Source of the DNA: Alphaproteobacteria bacterium
GTDB lineage: Bacteria > Pseudomonadota > Alphaproteobacteria > GCA-2731375
NCBI GenBank assembly: GCA_965232515.1
Contig: CBDDPY010000002.1
Span: 5,280,001-5,344,000 of the forward strand
Reading direction: 5' to 3'
Length of the DNA stretch: 64,000 nt
The notes below the pieces were generated by a model. It worked only from the letters and a program-made list of their open reading frames with translations. It did not search any database and was not told where the DNA came from. A program made the translations under genes and the position numbers. Below are positions 28,960 through 37,819 of the stretch, piece by piece. Within the stretch, counting starts at the first letter, position 1, and every line of letters begins with the position of its first letter.

Positions 28960-29476
28960 GGTTCTCTCTCCTTTTGATCTGTTGGGCCGCGCCCATCGCG
29001 GCCTTTCCGGCTGGGCGACTTGGACGAAGAGTTGAGGGACGGACGTCATACGGTCTTCTCGGGAGACCGATTGCGGCGGAAGATCGTTGCGAACGGTCCG
29101 CTTCGGCCTATCGATTGCTGGGGAAAAAGGCCGGCGTGGGTGGCTGGCCCGTTCAAAAGGTTTGGGAGACCGCGACCGGCGAAGAGCGGCCACAAGCCCA
29201 ACTACCGGCACCGGCGGCGGCGAGAACTGCGAAGCGCGAGACCTGTGGAACGGCGGCGCCTTGCAAGGTTTGGACACGGGCACGCGCCGCGCACCGAAAG
29301 AAATGCCGATCGCCTGACAGGCGAGAAGCGAATGACTGCTTTGGCAATTAACTGCTGGTGAGAATTGCGTGTTTCAAATTGAAAGAATTGACGGCTAAAC
29401 TGCTCTACTGAAGCTGGTGCAGTAAGTGGTCAGGCACGACGGACGGTCGCGGGAACGTTCCTCGTAAGAAGGGGGA

Positions 29477-29908
29477 ATGACCATGTACTCGATCTGGTTA
29501 CCGCTGTTCTTTGTCCTGACGCTGGTGCTTGCGGTCAGGAGCTTTCTCGTACTTCGACGCAATCGCTACAATCGCGGTTGGGGAACGCGCTGGCCTCTGG
29601 CAATAGCGACGGCGCTATACACGCTGGCGGTACTTGTGTGGTGGGGCGATCCGGGACTCGGTTTCGGCTGCCTGCTCATCGGGGCCGCCTTTTCGATCGT
29701 CAATCTGATCGTGAGGTTTTTTACGCGAGGGACCCGGAAGGAACCCGCCGCTGCGCCTGAGACAGCGGCGCAACCTGGAATAGCGTCTCAATCGAGCGAC
29801 GACGGTTCGGCAACTGCGGGTCAGCAGACTAGCGCCACCGTGTCTGCATCGGTCGTATCGGCGGAAGGTGTCGGCGGGTTCGGCTCGTTCGCCGGCGCCG
29901 CGGACTGA
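29477..29908 (+). CDS. Membrane protein (3 TM plus low-complexity tail) upstream of coupling protein 2
   Basis: Three hydrophobic segments; GGGGG RBS; 10 nt before the next ATG. Confidence 0.65.
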   Translation: MTMYSIWLPLFFVLTLVLAVRSFLVLRRNRYNRGWGTRWPLAIATALYTLAVLVWWGDPGLGFGCLLIGAAFSIVNLIVRFFTRGTRKEPAAAPETAAQPGIASQSSDDGSATAGQQTSATVSASVVSAEGVGGFGSFAGAAD

Positions 29909-29918
29909 GGGGGATCGC

Positions 29919-31745
29919 ATGTCGCTTTCGAACATGTTCATTCAGATGGCTCAGAGGAAGCTGACGGAGAAGGCTTTCGAGGGCGGCTCGCGGATAGGCT
30001 TCAGTGTGGCGCTTAAACGACATGCTGAACAGCTGGGAGACGCCGGCACAGCGCGCGCCCGAGAGGCGTTCGATCACTATCTGAAACACACAGGTGATTC
30101 TGGACTCGCGACGGAACTCGCCATCGAAGAAGCCTATGAATGGTTGCGGAAGCAACAGGAGCCGGAACCGGCCCCGGACATGCACGGCTCGGCCCGGTGG
30201 GCCTATTTCTCGGAGTTGGAACGCGGAGGACTACTCGGCGACCCGTACGAGATGGACAACCTTTCCAGCCGGATCGGTTTGGGCAAGCTTGCCGTCGCCC
30301 AAAACGATTCGGGCCAGTCAGCCGAAAACCTGAACAACGAAGTTTTCTGGTCGGGCGAAGGACCGATGCTCACCGTGGCTCCGACACGGTCGGGCAAGGG
30401 TATGAGCCAGATCGTTCCGACGCTGTTGCGCTATCCTGGCAGCGTGCTGGTGATGGACCCGAAGGGTGAGAACTACAGACTCACGGCGGGCTACCGCCAC
30501 ATTCAGGGTTCGCGCATTTTCAAGCTGGACCCGTTCAATGTCCTGAACGGAACGAAGGATGCCAACGATCCAATCGACTACGGTGAGACGGACGCGTTCA
30601 ACCCGCTGGACTATCTGCGCACCGAAAGCGATGCGCGTACACTTGCCCACCTGCTGCATCCGCCGGTCCCGGCGGGCCAGTCGGCTGGCGCGAAGTTCTT
30701 CGCGGACGAAGCGATCAACTTTCTCACTGCGGTGATCCTGTTCGTCAGCCAATCCGCTTCACGAAAGAACCTGGCTGAAGTCCGGCGTGTGACGACGCTG
30801 GACCCTGAGGATCAGAAAAACTTCCTCGCGGCGATGGCGAAGAGCGACAACGACACCGTCGCCAGTGAAGGCAAACTCGCCCTTCAGAAGCCGCGAGACA
30901 AGCGTGTGGAGCTTTTCCGCAGCCTGAACTCGGAGCTGGCCATCTGGAGCGAGAAAGCCCTCCAGAAAGCGACAGAGCGCTCCGACTTCAACTTCGCCGA
31001 CATGAAGGACGAAACGATCACGGTCTACGTGATCCTGCCGTTCGATCAGATGGAGGCGTTCAGCAGCTTCATTCGCATCGTGTTCACGACGGCGATCGGC
31101 GCGATGCTGAAAAGCCAGCGCAACCTTCAAATACCGGTTCTCTTCCTGATGGACGAGTTTCCAAGCATGGGTGCGCAGGACAAGATCGTCGACAGCGTGA
31201 GTTACCTTTCGGGCTACGACGTACGTCTGTGGATCATCACGCAGACGATCAAGCGACTGACGGACACCTACCCGACAAAGTGGGAGGACCTGATTGAACA
31301 GGCTGCGGTCAAAACCTTCATGGACGCCCGCACCTCGACAGCCGAGCTGGTGTCACGTTGGATGGGGCTTTCGACGGTGGCGTACGAAACGAAGAGTTCC
31401 GGGTTTTCGTCCAGCTACTCGTCAGCACGGGAACCGTTTTCGACTGGCGCTGCTGGCGGCGGCGAAAGCCAGACGACGGGCATGGCCTATACGGGCAGAC
31501 CGCTGATGACGCCTGATGAAGTGCAGGAGTGGTTCGGACGCAAGTACCAGAGCCATCCGAATCTCGGCTTGCTGACCGCCTGCTTCGTCGAAGGCCAGCG
31601 GCCTTTCGCGACCATGCGTCCGTTCTGGTTCCTGAACCCGTCGCACACGGCGATGGTGGAGCGTGGCCGCGATCATCTCGGGGGACTGGCGCCGGGCGCA
31701 TGGCGCGAAAAAGCCAGCGGTTCAGCGGCCAAGCGAGCGATCTGA
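29919..31745 (+). CDS. VirD4/TraG-like coupling protein (copy 2), no evident N-terminal TM
   Basis: HGSARWA, APTRSGKG, DPKGEN, FNPLD, LMDEFPSMG and GRPLMTPDEV. Confidence 0.9.
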   Translation: MSLSNMFIQMAQRKLTEKAFEGGSRIGFSVALKRHAEQLGDAGTARAREAFDHYLKHTGDSGLATELAIEEAYEWLRKQQEPEPAPDMHGSARWAYFSELERGGLLGDPYEMDNLSSRIGLGKLAVAQNDSGQSAENLNNEVFWSGEGPMLTVAPTRSGKGMSQIVPTLLRYPGSVLVMDPKGENYRLTAGYRHIQGSRIFKLDPFNVLNGTKDANDPIDYGETDAFNPLDYLRTESDARTLAHLLHPPVPAGQSAGAKFFADEAINFLTAVILFVSQSASRKNLAEVRRVTTLDPEDQKNFLAAMAKSDNDTVASEGKLALQKPRDKRVELFRSLNSELAIWSEKALQKATERSDFNFADMKDETITVYVILPFDQMEAFSSFIRIVFTTAIGAMLKSQRNLQIPVLFLMDEFPSMGAQDKIVDSVSYLSGYDVRLWIITQTIKRLTDTYPTKWEDLIEQAAVKTFMDARTSTAELVSRWMGLSTVAYETKSSGFSSSYSSAREPFSTGAAGGGESQTTGMAYTGRPLMTPDEVQEWFGRKYQSHPNLGLLTACFVEGQRPFATMRPFWFLNPSHTAMVERGRDHLGGLAPGAWREKASGSAAKRAI

Positions 31746-31806
31746 TCGAAAAGCTGGACGAACATCGAAAGCAACTGGATTACTCGTACGGCTAAGCGCG
31801 GCAAAT

Positions 31807-33429
31807 TTACCTCTGCTTGTCACGTGATCTGTCCTCGCGCTCTTCTTGGCGCATATCATCGCGAAGGTCTGGTTCCTGCTCCCTGACGCTCTCCCACCAG
31901 CGATCGTTATCGGAGCCCTGATCGTCGCGCCGCCCTTCTGTCTCGGATCGAGACACCTCGCGCGTTTGATCGCGTGCCGAACCGTCCTCGTGGCGGGCAT
32001 CGACGCGATCCGGCTCAAGCTCGTTTTCCCACCATTTGTCGTTATCGACGCCACGGCTGCGCTCGTACTGCCGATCCGCCTCGTCGAAGTCGCGGTCCAT
32101 GCGCTCCTGAACCTCCTGCGGTGCAGGTTCGCGCTTGAGCCCCATTTCGCGTTCACTCAGTTGCGCTGACTGCTGCATCAGCCGGTGGATCTTTTCTGTC
32201 TTCTGATCATCGGACAGCAGCGGGTCTTTCTGGACCATCTCGAGATCACGTTCGATCTGGCGCCGCTCGGCGCTTATCGCGCGCTCGGAACGCCTTTCTT
32301 CGATAGGTGCTTCGCGGATTTGCTCGGGTGGCTCGGTCCGAAGATATGGCTGTACACGGTCACCGTCCTGCTCATCGTCTCGATCGTCTCGTTGAGCATG
32401 GTCGCTTCCCGGGGACACGGGGCGCCCGTCCCGATCCGGAACGGGCCGATTTTCCCGGTCCCAAAGGTCGAGTAGTTCTCGCTGATCGGTTTCTCCCAGG
32501 CCGAGTCCCCGTTCCAGCTCTTCGCGATCTACCCGCGTGATCAAGTGCTCACGCTTGGCGTGCAGGGCTACCAGGTTTTGGTCCTGAGCACGGATGTCGT
32601 CGAGTTTCTCCGGCTCACGTTTGCCGAGTTCGCTGATTTGACGCTGAGCTTCAACAAGCTCCTTGTAGTTGGTTTCCATAGCCTGAACCTCCTGCGAGCG
32701 CTCGACCCTGCTGCCGGTGTCGATCTTGCGGTAGTCCACCTCGCGAACGTTACCCCACTTGCTGCGGTATCTGACGACTTTCGACTCGGGTTGCTTACCG
32801 CGTGCGACCATTTCCCGGACACGCGGCCCCTGATGGACCTGAGGCGGCCGATCGATACCCTGTGCCTTCAGGGAACGATGATCGACCGATTTGGCGATGC
32901 CTGCATTTTTCAGGGCGGCGTTAGTCAGCTCTTCCCATGCCCGGCGTGTGCTGGTGACGAACATATTGCTGTCGAGCGACCGATTTTTCTTCCCGAAAGC
33001 GTCTCCTTCGATCGGTCGCGTCGTGAGCAACATGTGACCATGAGGGTTGCCTTCCTCATCGTCGTGGATGTTGAAGTCGACAATCAGTCCCAGGGCCACG
33101 AACCGCTGGGCGAAGGCGCGGCCCAGCTCGATGTTCTGTTCGAGTGACATCTCTACCTGAAAAGCGAGTTGAACTTCCTTGCATAGCCTCGCGTCTTTAC
33201 GCTTCTCCGCTGCCTCTGCCCTGTTCCAGAGTTGCTCGCGATCATGTGCCCACAGGGGCGTGTCATCCGGCGTGATGATCTCACTATGGGTGACGTCCTG
33301 TTTTCGCGAGAAATCGGAATACTGCTTCTCGCGCTCGTTCCAGAGTTTTCGACTGCTGCGATACGCCGCTGCCGCGACCGCACTTTTGCCATCGCGCCTG
33401 CTGACGTTTTTTATGGTCAGGTGATACAT
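31807..33429 (-). CDS. MobA/MobL (MOBQ) relaxase, copy 2
   Basis: YHL...SAVAAAAYRS, LWNRAEAAEKRKDAR, NIH, NPHGHMLL and VDHRSL; charged C-terminal tail. Confidence 0.92.
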   Translation of the reverse strand: MYHLTIKNVSRRDGKSAVAAAAYRSSRKLWNEREKQYSDFSRKQDVTHSEIITPDDTPLWAHDREQLWNRAEAAEKRKDARLCKEVQLAFQVEMSLEQNIELGRAFAQRFVALGLIVDFNIHDDEEGNPHGHMLLTTRPIEGDAFGKKNRSLDSNMFVTSTRRAWEELTNAALKNAGIAKSVDHRSLKAQGIDRPPQVHQGPRVREMVARGKQPESKVVRYRSKWGNVREVDYRKIDTGSRVERSQEVQAMETNYKELVEAQRQISELGKREPEKLDDIRAQDQNLVALHAKREHLITRVDREELERGLGLGETDQRELLDLWDRENRPVPDRDGRPVSPGSDHAQRDDRDDEQDGDRVQPYLRTEPPEQIREAPIEERRSERAISAERRQIERDLEMVQKDPLLSDDQKTEKIHRLMQQSAQLSEREMGLKREPAPQEVQERMDRDFDEADRQYERSRGVDNDKWWENELEPDRVDARHEDGSARDQTREVSRSETEGRRDDQGSDNDRWWESVREQEPDLRDDMRQEEREDRSRDKQR

Positions 33430-33596
33430 CGCCGTTCTCGATCACCTACGTAGCTCACAGGTCGGACGGCAGGCAGGCTCGACGTGGTCCCCCTCACTTC
33501 GGGGGGACCCGGCGAGACTGCCGGGGTGCAGGGGGTATCCCCCTGCCGCACTTCCGCGTTCGTGGCGGCAGCTTCGCTGCACCGCGAACACGGCAG

Positions 33597-33642
33597 CGTC
33601 GCGTCAATGCGTACGCGTTGCGCGATGCGTAAGTGCGCCGTT
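33597..33642 (+). other. Putative MOBQ oriT 2
   Basis: Imperfect inverted repeat (CAATGCGT/ACGCGTTG) followed by TAAGTGCGCC at 33630-33639, upstream of relaxase 2. Confidence 0.75.
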
Positions 33643-33817
33643 CTTTTTGAATGTTACATCAACGGGATGGCGACGAGGACCGCCAGAAGCACCCGAGTCG
33701 GCGCCAGGCGGGATATCAAATGCTTAGCTGGCCCAGAAATACACAGTTTCTTACACATACACAAATACATTCGAAAATATATCAATAATATCAAATAATT
33801 ACGATATACCCAACAAC

Positions 33818-33871
33818 ACTCAAAATCACGTTTCTCCGGAAGTGCCTGTTCGAGTCAGGCCGGGGGCACCA
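33818..33871 (+). pseudogene. 3' half of host tRNA-Leu(CAA) at the right att site
   Basis: ACTCAAAA TCACG TTTCTCCGGAAGT GCCTG TTCGAGT CAGGC CGGGGGC ACCA, preceded by non-tRNA AT-rich island sequence. Confidence 0.9.
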
Positions 33872-34072
33872 CCCTTCGCTCTTCGAGCTTCGGGTGGCAG
33901 GCCACCAGAAGATAATTAGACGAAGGCGTGTCCTCCGAAGCCTTGGCGTAGGCGGGCGTGGTCAATCTCGTTTTGCGGCAATTTCTGCAAAAAATCTCTC
34001 TTTACGGCAATTTAACACGGGTCTCCGACACTTCGCGGCAACCGAACACCGCCATCGGGCCTGGAGACCGGC

Positions 34073-34492
34073 ATGACACCCGAACAGATCGCGCATGTGC
34101 AGAACACCTTCAAAATGGTGCTGCCCATCAAGGAAACCGCCGCCAAGCTGTTCTATGACCGGCTGTTCGCGCTCGATCCCGATCTCAGGCCCATGTTCAA
34201 GGGCGATATGGCCGAGCAGGGCCGCAAGCTGATGACGGTGCTGGCGACGGCCGTCGGCAACCTGGAGAAGCTGGACGAGATCCTGCCGACCGTGCAGGCG
34301 CTGGGCGAGCAGCACGCCGAGTTCGGCGTCACGCCCGAGCACTACAATACGGTCGGCGAGGCGCTGATCTGGACGCTGGAGCAGGGGTTGACCGACGCGT
34401 TTACGAGCGAGGTCAAGGAGGCCTGGGTCGCCGTTTTCAGCGCGCTGTCCACCGTCATGCAGGATGCCGCCGCGAAAAAGGCGGCCGCATAG
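34073..34492 (+). CDS. Single-domain bacterial globin
   Basis: FYDRLF..DP..RPMF, QGRKL, LGEQH..FGV.PEHY..VGEAL and AW motifs. Confidence 0.92.
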   Translation: MTPEQIAHVQNTFKMVLPIKETAAKLFYDRLFALDPDLRPMFKGDMAEQGRKLMTVLATAVGNLEKLDEILPTVQALGEQHAEFGVTPEHYNTVGEALIWTLEQGLTDAFTSEVKEAWVAVFSALSTVMQDAAAKKAAA

Positions 34493-34885
34493 AAATCGCC
34501 GCCGTTCCGCATTCGCTTGCGGCGCCGCTGGCGGCATCGACGGTCTCGGCCGCTTTGGCGCGGGCCGCGCTGTCGCCGGCCAGTATCGCCGCGCTCCCGA
34601 CCCCACTGATCGGCCTTGGTCTCGCGCGGCGCGGCGTCCACAAGACATAGACACAGCCGAAAACACGCGTGATCACGGCGGCCCAACGGGTCGCCGTTTT
34701 TGGTCAAACCATTGATTTTGCGAAAACTTGTGATGCCAAGCGCGGTCTCACCCGTGGTTGCGGCATCCCCTAATTTTTCCCACGTTAAGCGATTATTTGC
34801 TCTCGCTGATCTAAGCTCGGCAACGTTCGGCGGTCGTCCGAACGCCGTTGCGGCACGCGCCGCGGACGACGATGAGGGGGTCATC

Positions 34886-35440
34886 GTGCAGGTAATCAGC
34901 GATCGGCAACAGACGCCGGCGGCCGATGCGCCGCAAGGCGAGGATCTGTCCAATTTGGAGATACTGGTGGTCGACGACAGCTACCACATGCGTCGGCTGC
35001 TTCGAACGCTGCTTCAGGTTTTGAAGGTCCGCAACGTCCACGAAGCCGAAAACGGCGCCGACGCGCTCGCGGCGCTCAGGTCGTCCCCTATCGACATCGT
35101 GCTGGCCGATTGCCAGATGCAGCCGGTCGATGGCATTCAGCTGGCGCAGAAAATCCGGCGCTCGGACAAGCTGCCGAATTCGGCCGTGCCGATCATCATG
35201 ATCTCCGGCCATTCCAGTCCCGAGCTCATTACCCAGGCGCGGGACGTCGGCGTGCATGAATTTCTGCTGAAGCCGGTCTCGGCGACATCGCTGCAGGAAC
35301 GTATCACGTCGGTATTGGCGCGGCCGCGTCCTTTCGTGCGCAGCGCCGGCTATGTCGGGCCCTGCCGGCGCCGGCGCGACCGCAATGCCTATGCCGGGCC
35401 GGAACGGCGCGGAACGTCCCGGACGGCGAAGTCCGACTAA
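34886..35440 (+). CDS. CheY-like receiver with Arg-rich c-di-GMP-binding tail (Cle-like)
   Basis: REC (VVDD, LAD, ISG, LLKP) followed by YVGPCRRRR and YAGPERR; start set at GTG 34886 after GAGGGGG. Confidence 0.75.
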   Translation: MQVISDRQQTPAADAPQGEDLSNLEILVVDDSYHMRRLLRTLLQVLKVRNVHEAENGADALAALRSSPIDIVLADCQMQPVDGIQLAQKIRRSDKLPNSAVPIIMISGHSSPELITQARDVGVHEFLLKPVSATSLQERITSVLARPRPFVRSAGYVGPCRRRRDRNAYAGPERRGTSRTAKSD

Positions 35441-35482
35441 CGGAACACGGTGTCGGTTGGGTCGTTCCGATCGGCGATCGGG

Positions 35483-36184
35483 TCAGCCGCCGTTCTGAGC
35501 GGCGGGGCCGTTCAGGCGCATCTTGATCTTACCGAGCAGGCTCTTGGTTTCGCCGTCGTCCTCGACCACCTGGTTGTAGTCGACCTGGTGCTGCGACCGC
35601 ATTGACGCCACCAGATTGGCGTCGGCGGCGTCCGGCGCGGGATTCTGGACCGGCGTGTCGGCGGGGACGGGGGCTGGCGTGGGCGCCGGATCGCTCACCG
35701 GCAGGGATTCGGCCGTGGCGGCGGGCACCGTCGCCGGCGGTTCGCTGGCGGGTACGTCCGGCGGCATCTGCGGTGCCGGCGGATCGGCCGGCGCGGCGCT
35801 GACCGACGCGGTTGCCGGCGTCGGCGGCGGGTTGGGCGCCTCGGCTTGCGGCGTCGGCGGGCTCTCCGGGCCGGCGGCTTGGGCCGGTGTCTCGGGGCCT
35901 GCCGGCGGCGCGTCCGCCGCGCCGCCGGCGCCCCCCGACAGCATGTCGACGTCGGCCTGCGAGATCGGCGAGTCCTCGTCGTGCTGCTCGATCAGGCGAA
36001 TCATCGTCTGCAGCCAATTCTTCATCAACTTGTTTTCGTCGATCAGCTTTTTGTTCTCGTCCTGCAGCCGCAACAGCTCCAGTTCGACGTCCTTGTTCTT
36101 GTCCTGGCGGCCGGAAAGCGCGGCGGTTGCCTGCGCCACGCGGCCTTCCAGATCCCGCATCTCGAGTTCACGAAGATCGACCAT
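35483..36184 (-). CDS. Hypothetical protein: coiled coil plus Pro/Ala-rich disordered linker
   Basis: Heptad-like N-terminus and low-complexity middle. Confidence 0.7.
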   Translation of the reverse strand: MVDLRELEMRDLEGRVAQATAALSGRQDKNKDVELELLRLQDENKKLIDENKLMKNWLQTMIRLIEQHDEDSPISQADVDMLSGGAGGAADAPPAGPETPAQAAGPESPPTPQAEAPNPPPTPATASVSAAPADPPAPQMPPDVPASEPPATVPAATAESLPVSDPAPTPAPVPADTPVQNPAPDAADANLVASMRSQHQVDYNQVVEDDGETKSLLGKIKMRLNGPAAQNGG

Positions 36185-36484
36185 TGCTGCCCTGTCGTCT
36201 GATGTGTCCGACCTGCCAATGCAGCAAACACTAGTGAAGATCGCTTAAGAGCCGGTAAAACGCGTGTCCTCGCGGGCGGGACGGGAAGACAAAAAATCCC
36301 CAGTTCTTGCCGGATTTTCGAATCTCGCCGCTGCCGGGGCTTGTGGCAATTTTGCGACCTGCGGGGTTGGGCGGACGGCGTCGGCCGCCGGTCGTTGCCG
36401 ACCGGGAAGCGTCGTCTGACCGCAAGGCAGGTCGATTGTGGTCGCGAATTGCGCTAGGATTGCGGCTCCGCCGACGGGCAACGG

Positions 36485-37816
36485 GTGATGACCCGACAAC
36501 GCGCGACAATAGCCGCCCACCGCTTCGGCATGGGCCCCCGTTCGGGCGACGTCGAGCGTATATCCGGCGACCCGAAAGGCTGGCTGGCCGGGCAAATCGA
36601 CACCGGGCCGGAGATGCCCTCGGCGTTTCGCGGCCTCGCGCCGTCGGGCGAGCATGCCGTCGCCTTTCTCGACGCCGTTTATGTCAGCGTCGCCGAGCTC
36701 GTGAGCAAGATCGGCGGCGAATTTCGTCAGGTCTACCGGCAGGAAGCAAAGGCGCGGATGACCGCGGCCATCGACAGCCCGCATCCTTTCCATGAGCGCC
36801 TGGTATGGTTTTGGGCCAACCACTTCACGGTCTCGGCCCGGCGCGCCATCGTCATCGGGCTGGCCGGCGGCTATGAGCGTGAGGCCATTCGCCCGCACGT
36901 GACCGGCAGGTTCGAGGATTTGTTGACCGCCGCGGTCTCGCATCCGGCGATGCTGCTCTATCTCGACAACGCCAACTCGGTGGGCGGCGGTTCTCGCCGC
37001 GGCGCCTATCTGGGCCGCGGCCTGAACGAGAACCTGGCCCGTGAAATCCTGGAGCTGCACACCGTCGGTGTCGATGCCGGCTATACCCAGGACGACGTCC
37101 GGGAACTGGCCAAGATCCTGACCGGCTGGACCTTCAGCGGCCGTTCGGGCTCGCCGCCGGGTGCCTTCGTCTTTACCGGCGGCAGCCATGAGCCCGGCAG
37201 CAAGACGTTGCTCGGCGAGCAGTATCTCGAAAACGGCGTCGAGGAGGGGCGGGCGGCGCTTCGGCGCTTGGCGAAACACCCGGCGACGGCAAGACATATC
37301 GCCGGCAAGATGGCCCGCCACTTCATTGCCGACGACCCGCCGGCCAGCGTTGTCAATCGGTTGGAGTCGGTGTTTCTGGAAACCGACGGCGATCTCAAGC
37401 AGCTCGCGCTGGCGCTGATCGAAATGCCCGAGGCCTGGGATCCGACATTGCGCAAGGTGAAATCGCCGCAGGAATATGTCGTCGCGGTGCTGCGGGCCGC
37501 CGGCGGCGACCACGATCCGGACGAGGTGCTGGCGACGCTGGAAAGTTTCGGCCACCTGCCGTTCATGGCGCCGTCGCCCGCCGGTTGGCCGGATTCGACG
37601 GACGCCTGGATCACGCCCGACGCGATGCTGCGGCGGGCCCGCTGGTGCGCCGAGGTGGCGCGCCGACATGCCGGGCGGATCGACGCCGGGACTGTCATGC
37701 GGGACGCCATCGGCCCGTTGGCCCAGGCGGCGACACGGCAGGCGGTCGAGCAGGCAGGCGACAATGAGGAGGCGCTTGCCTTGATGTTCGCCAGCCCGAC
37801 CTTTCAGCGGAGATAG
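36485..37816 (+). CDS. DUF1800 family protein
   Basis: ERLVWFWANHF, PAMLLYLDN and NENLAREILELHT.G. Confidence 0.92.
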   Translation: MMTRQRATIAAHRFGMGPRSGDVERISGDPKGWLAGQIDTGPEMPSAFRGLAPSGEHAVAFLDAVYVSVAELVSKIGGEFRQVYRQEAKARMTAAIDSPHPFHERLVWFWANHFTVSARRAIVIGLAGGYEREAIRPHVTGRFEDLLTAAVSHPAMLLYLDNANSVGGGSRRGAYLGRGLNENLAREILELHTVGVDAGYTQDDVRELAKILTGWTFSGRSGSPPGAFVFTGGSHEPGSKTLLGEQYLENGVEEGRAALRRLAKHPATARHIAGKMARHFIADDPPASVVNRLESVFLETDGDLKQLALALIEMPEAWDPTLRKVKSPQEYVVAVLRAAGGDHDPDEVLATLESFGHLPFMAPSPAGWPDSTDAWITPDAMLRRARWCAEVARRHAGRIDAGTVMRDAIGPLAQAATRQAVEQAGDNEEALALMFASPTFQRR

Positions 37817-37819
37817 CGG

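Larger units (their letters stand above)
1845..33827. mobile_element. Integrative (mobilizable) genomic island of about 32 kb inserted in tRNA-Leu(CAA)
   Basis: Direct repeat ACTCAAAATC at 1845-1854 and 33818-33827, integrase next to the left end, relaxases, coupling proteins and ardC inside, AT-rich ends and visibly lower GC than the flanks. Confidence 0.92.

Noticed and set aside
1814-33871. Split tRNA as a trans-spliced or intron-containing tRNA
   Set aside because: The halves are bounded by a direct repeat next to an integrase, with no complementary leader/trailer or group I intron features seen; DNA-level integration explains it.
33872-33960. Hairpins after the tRNA 3' half as a novel ncRNA
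   Set aside because: They look like an ordinary host palindromic repeat or terminator region; no further support.
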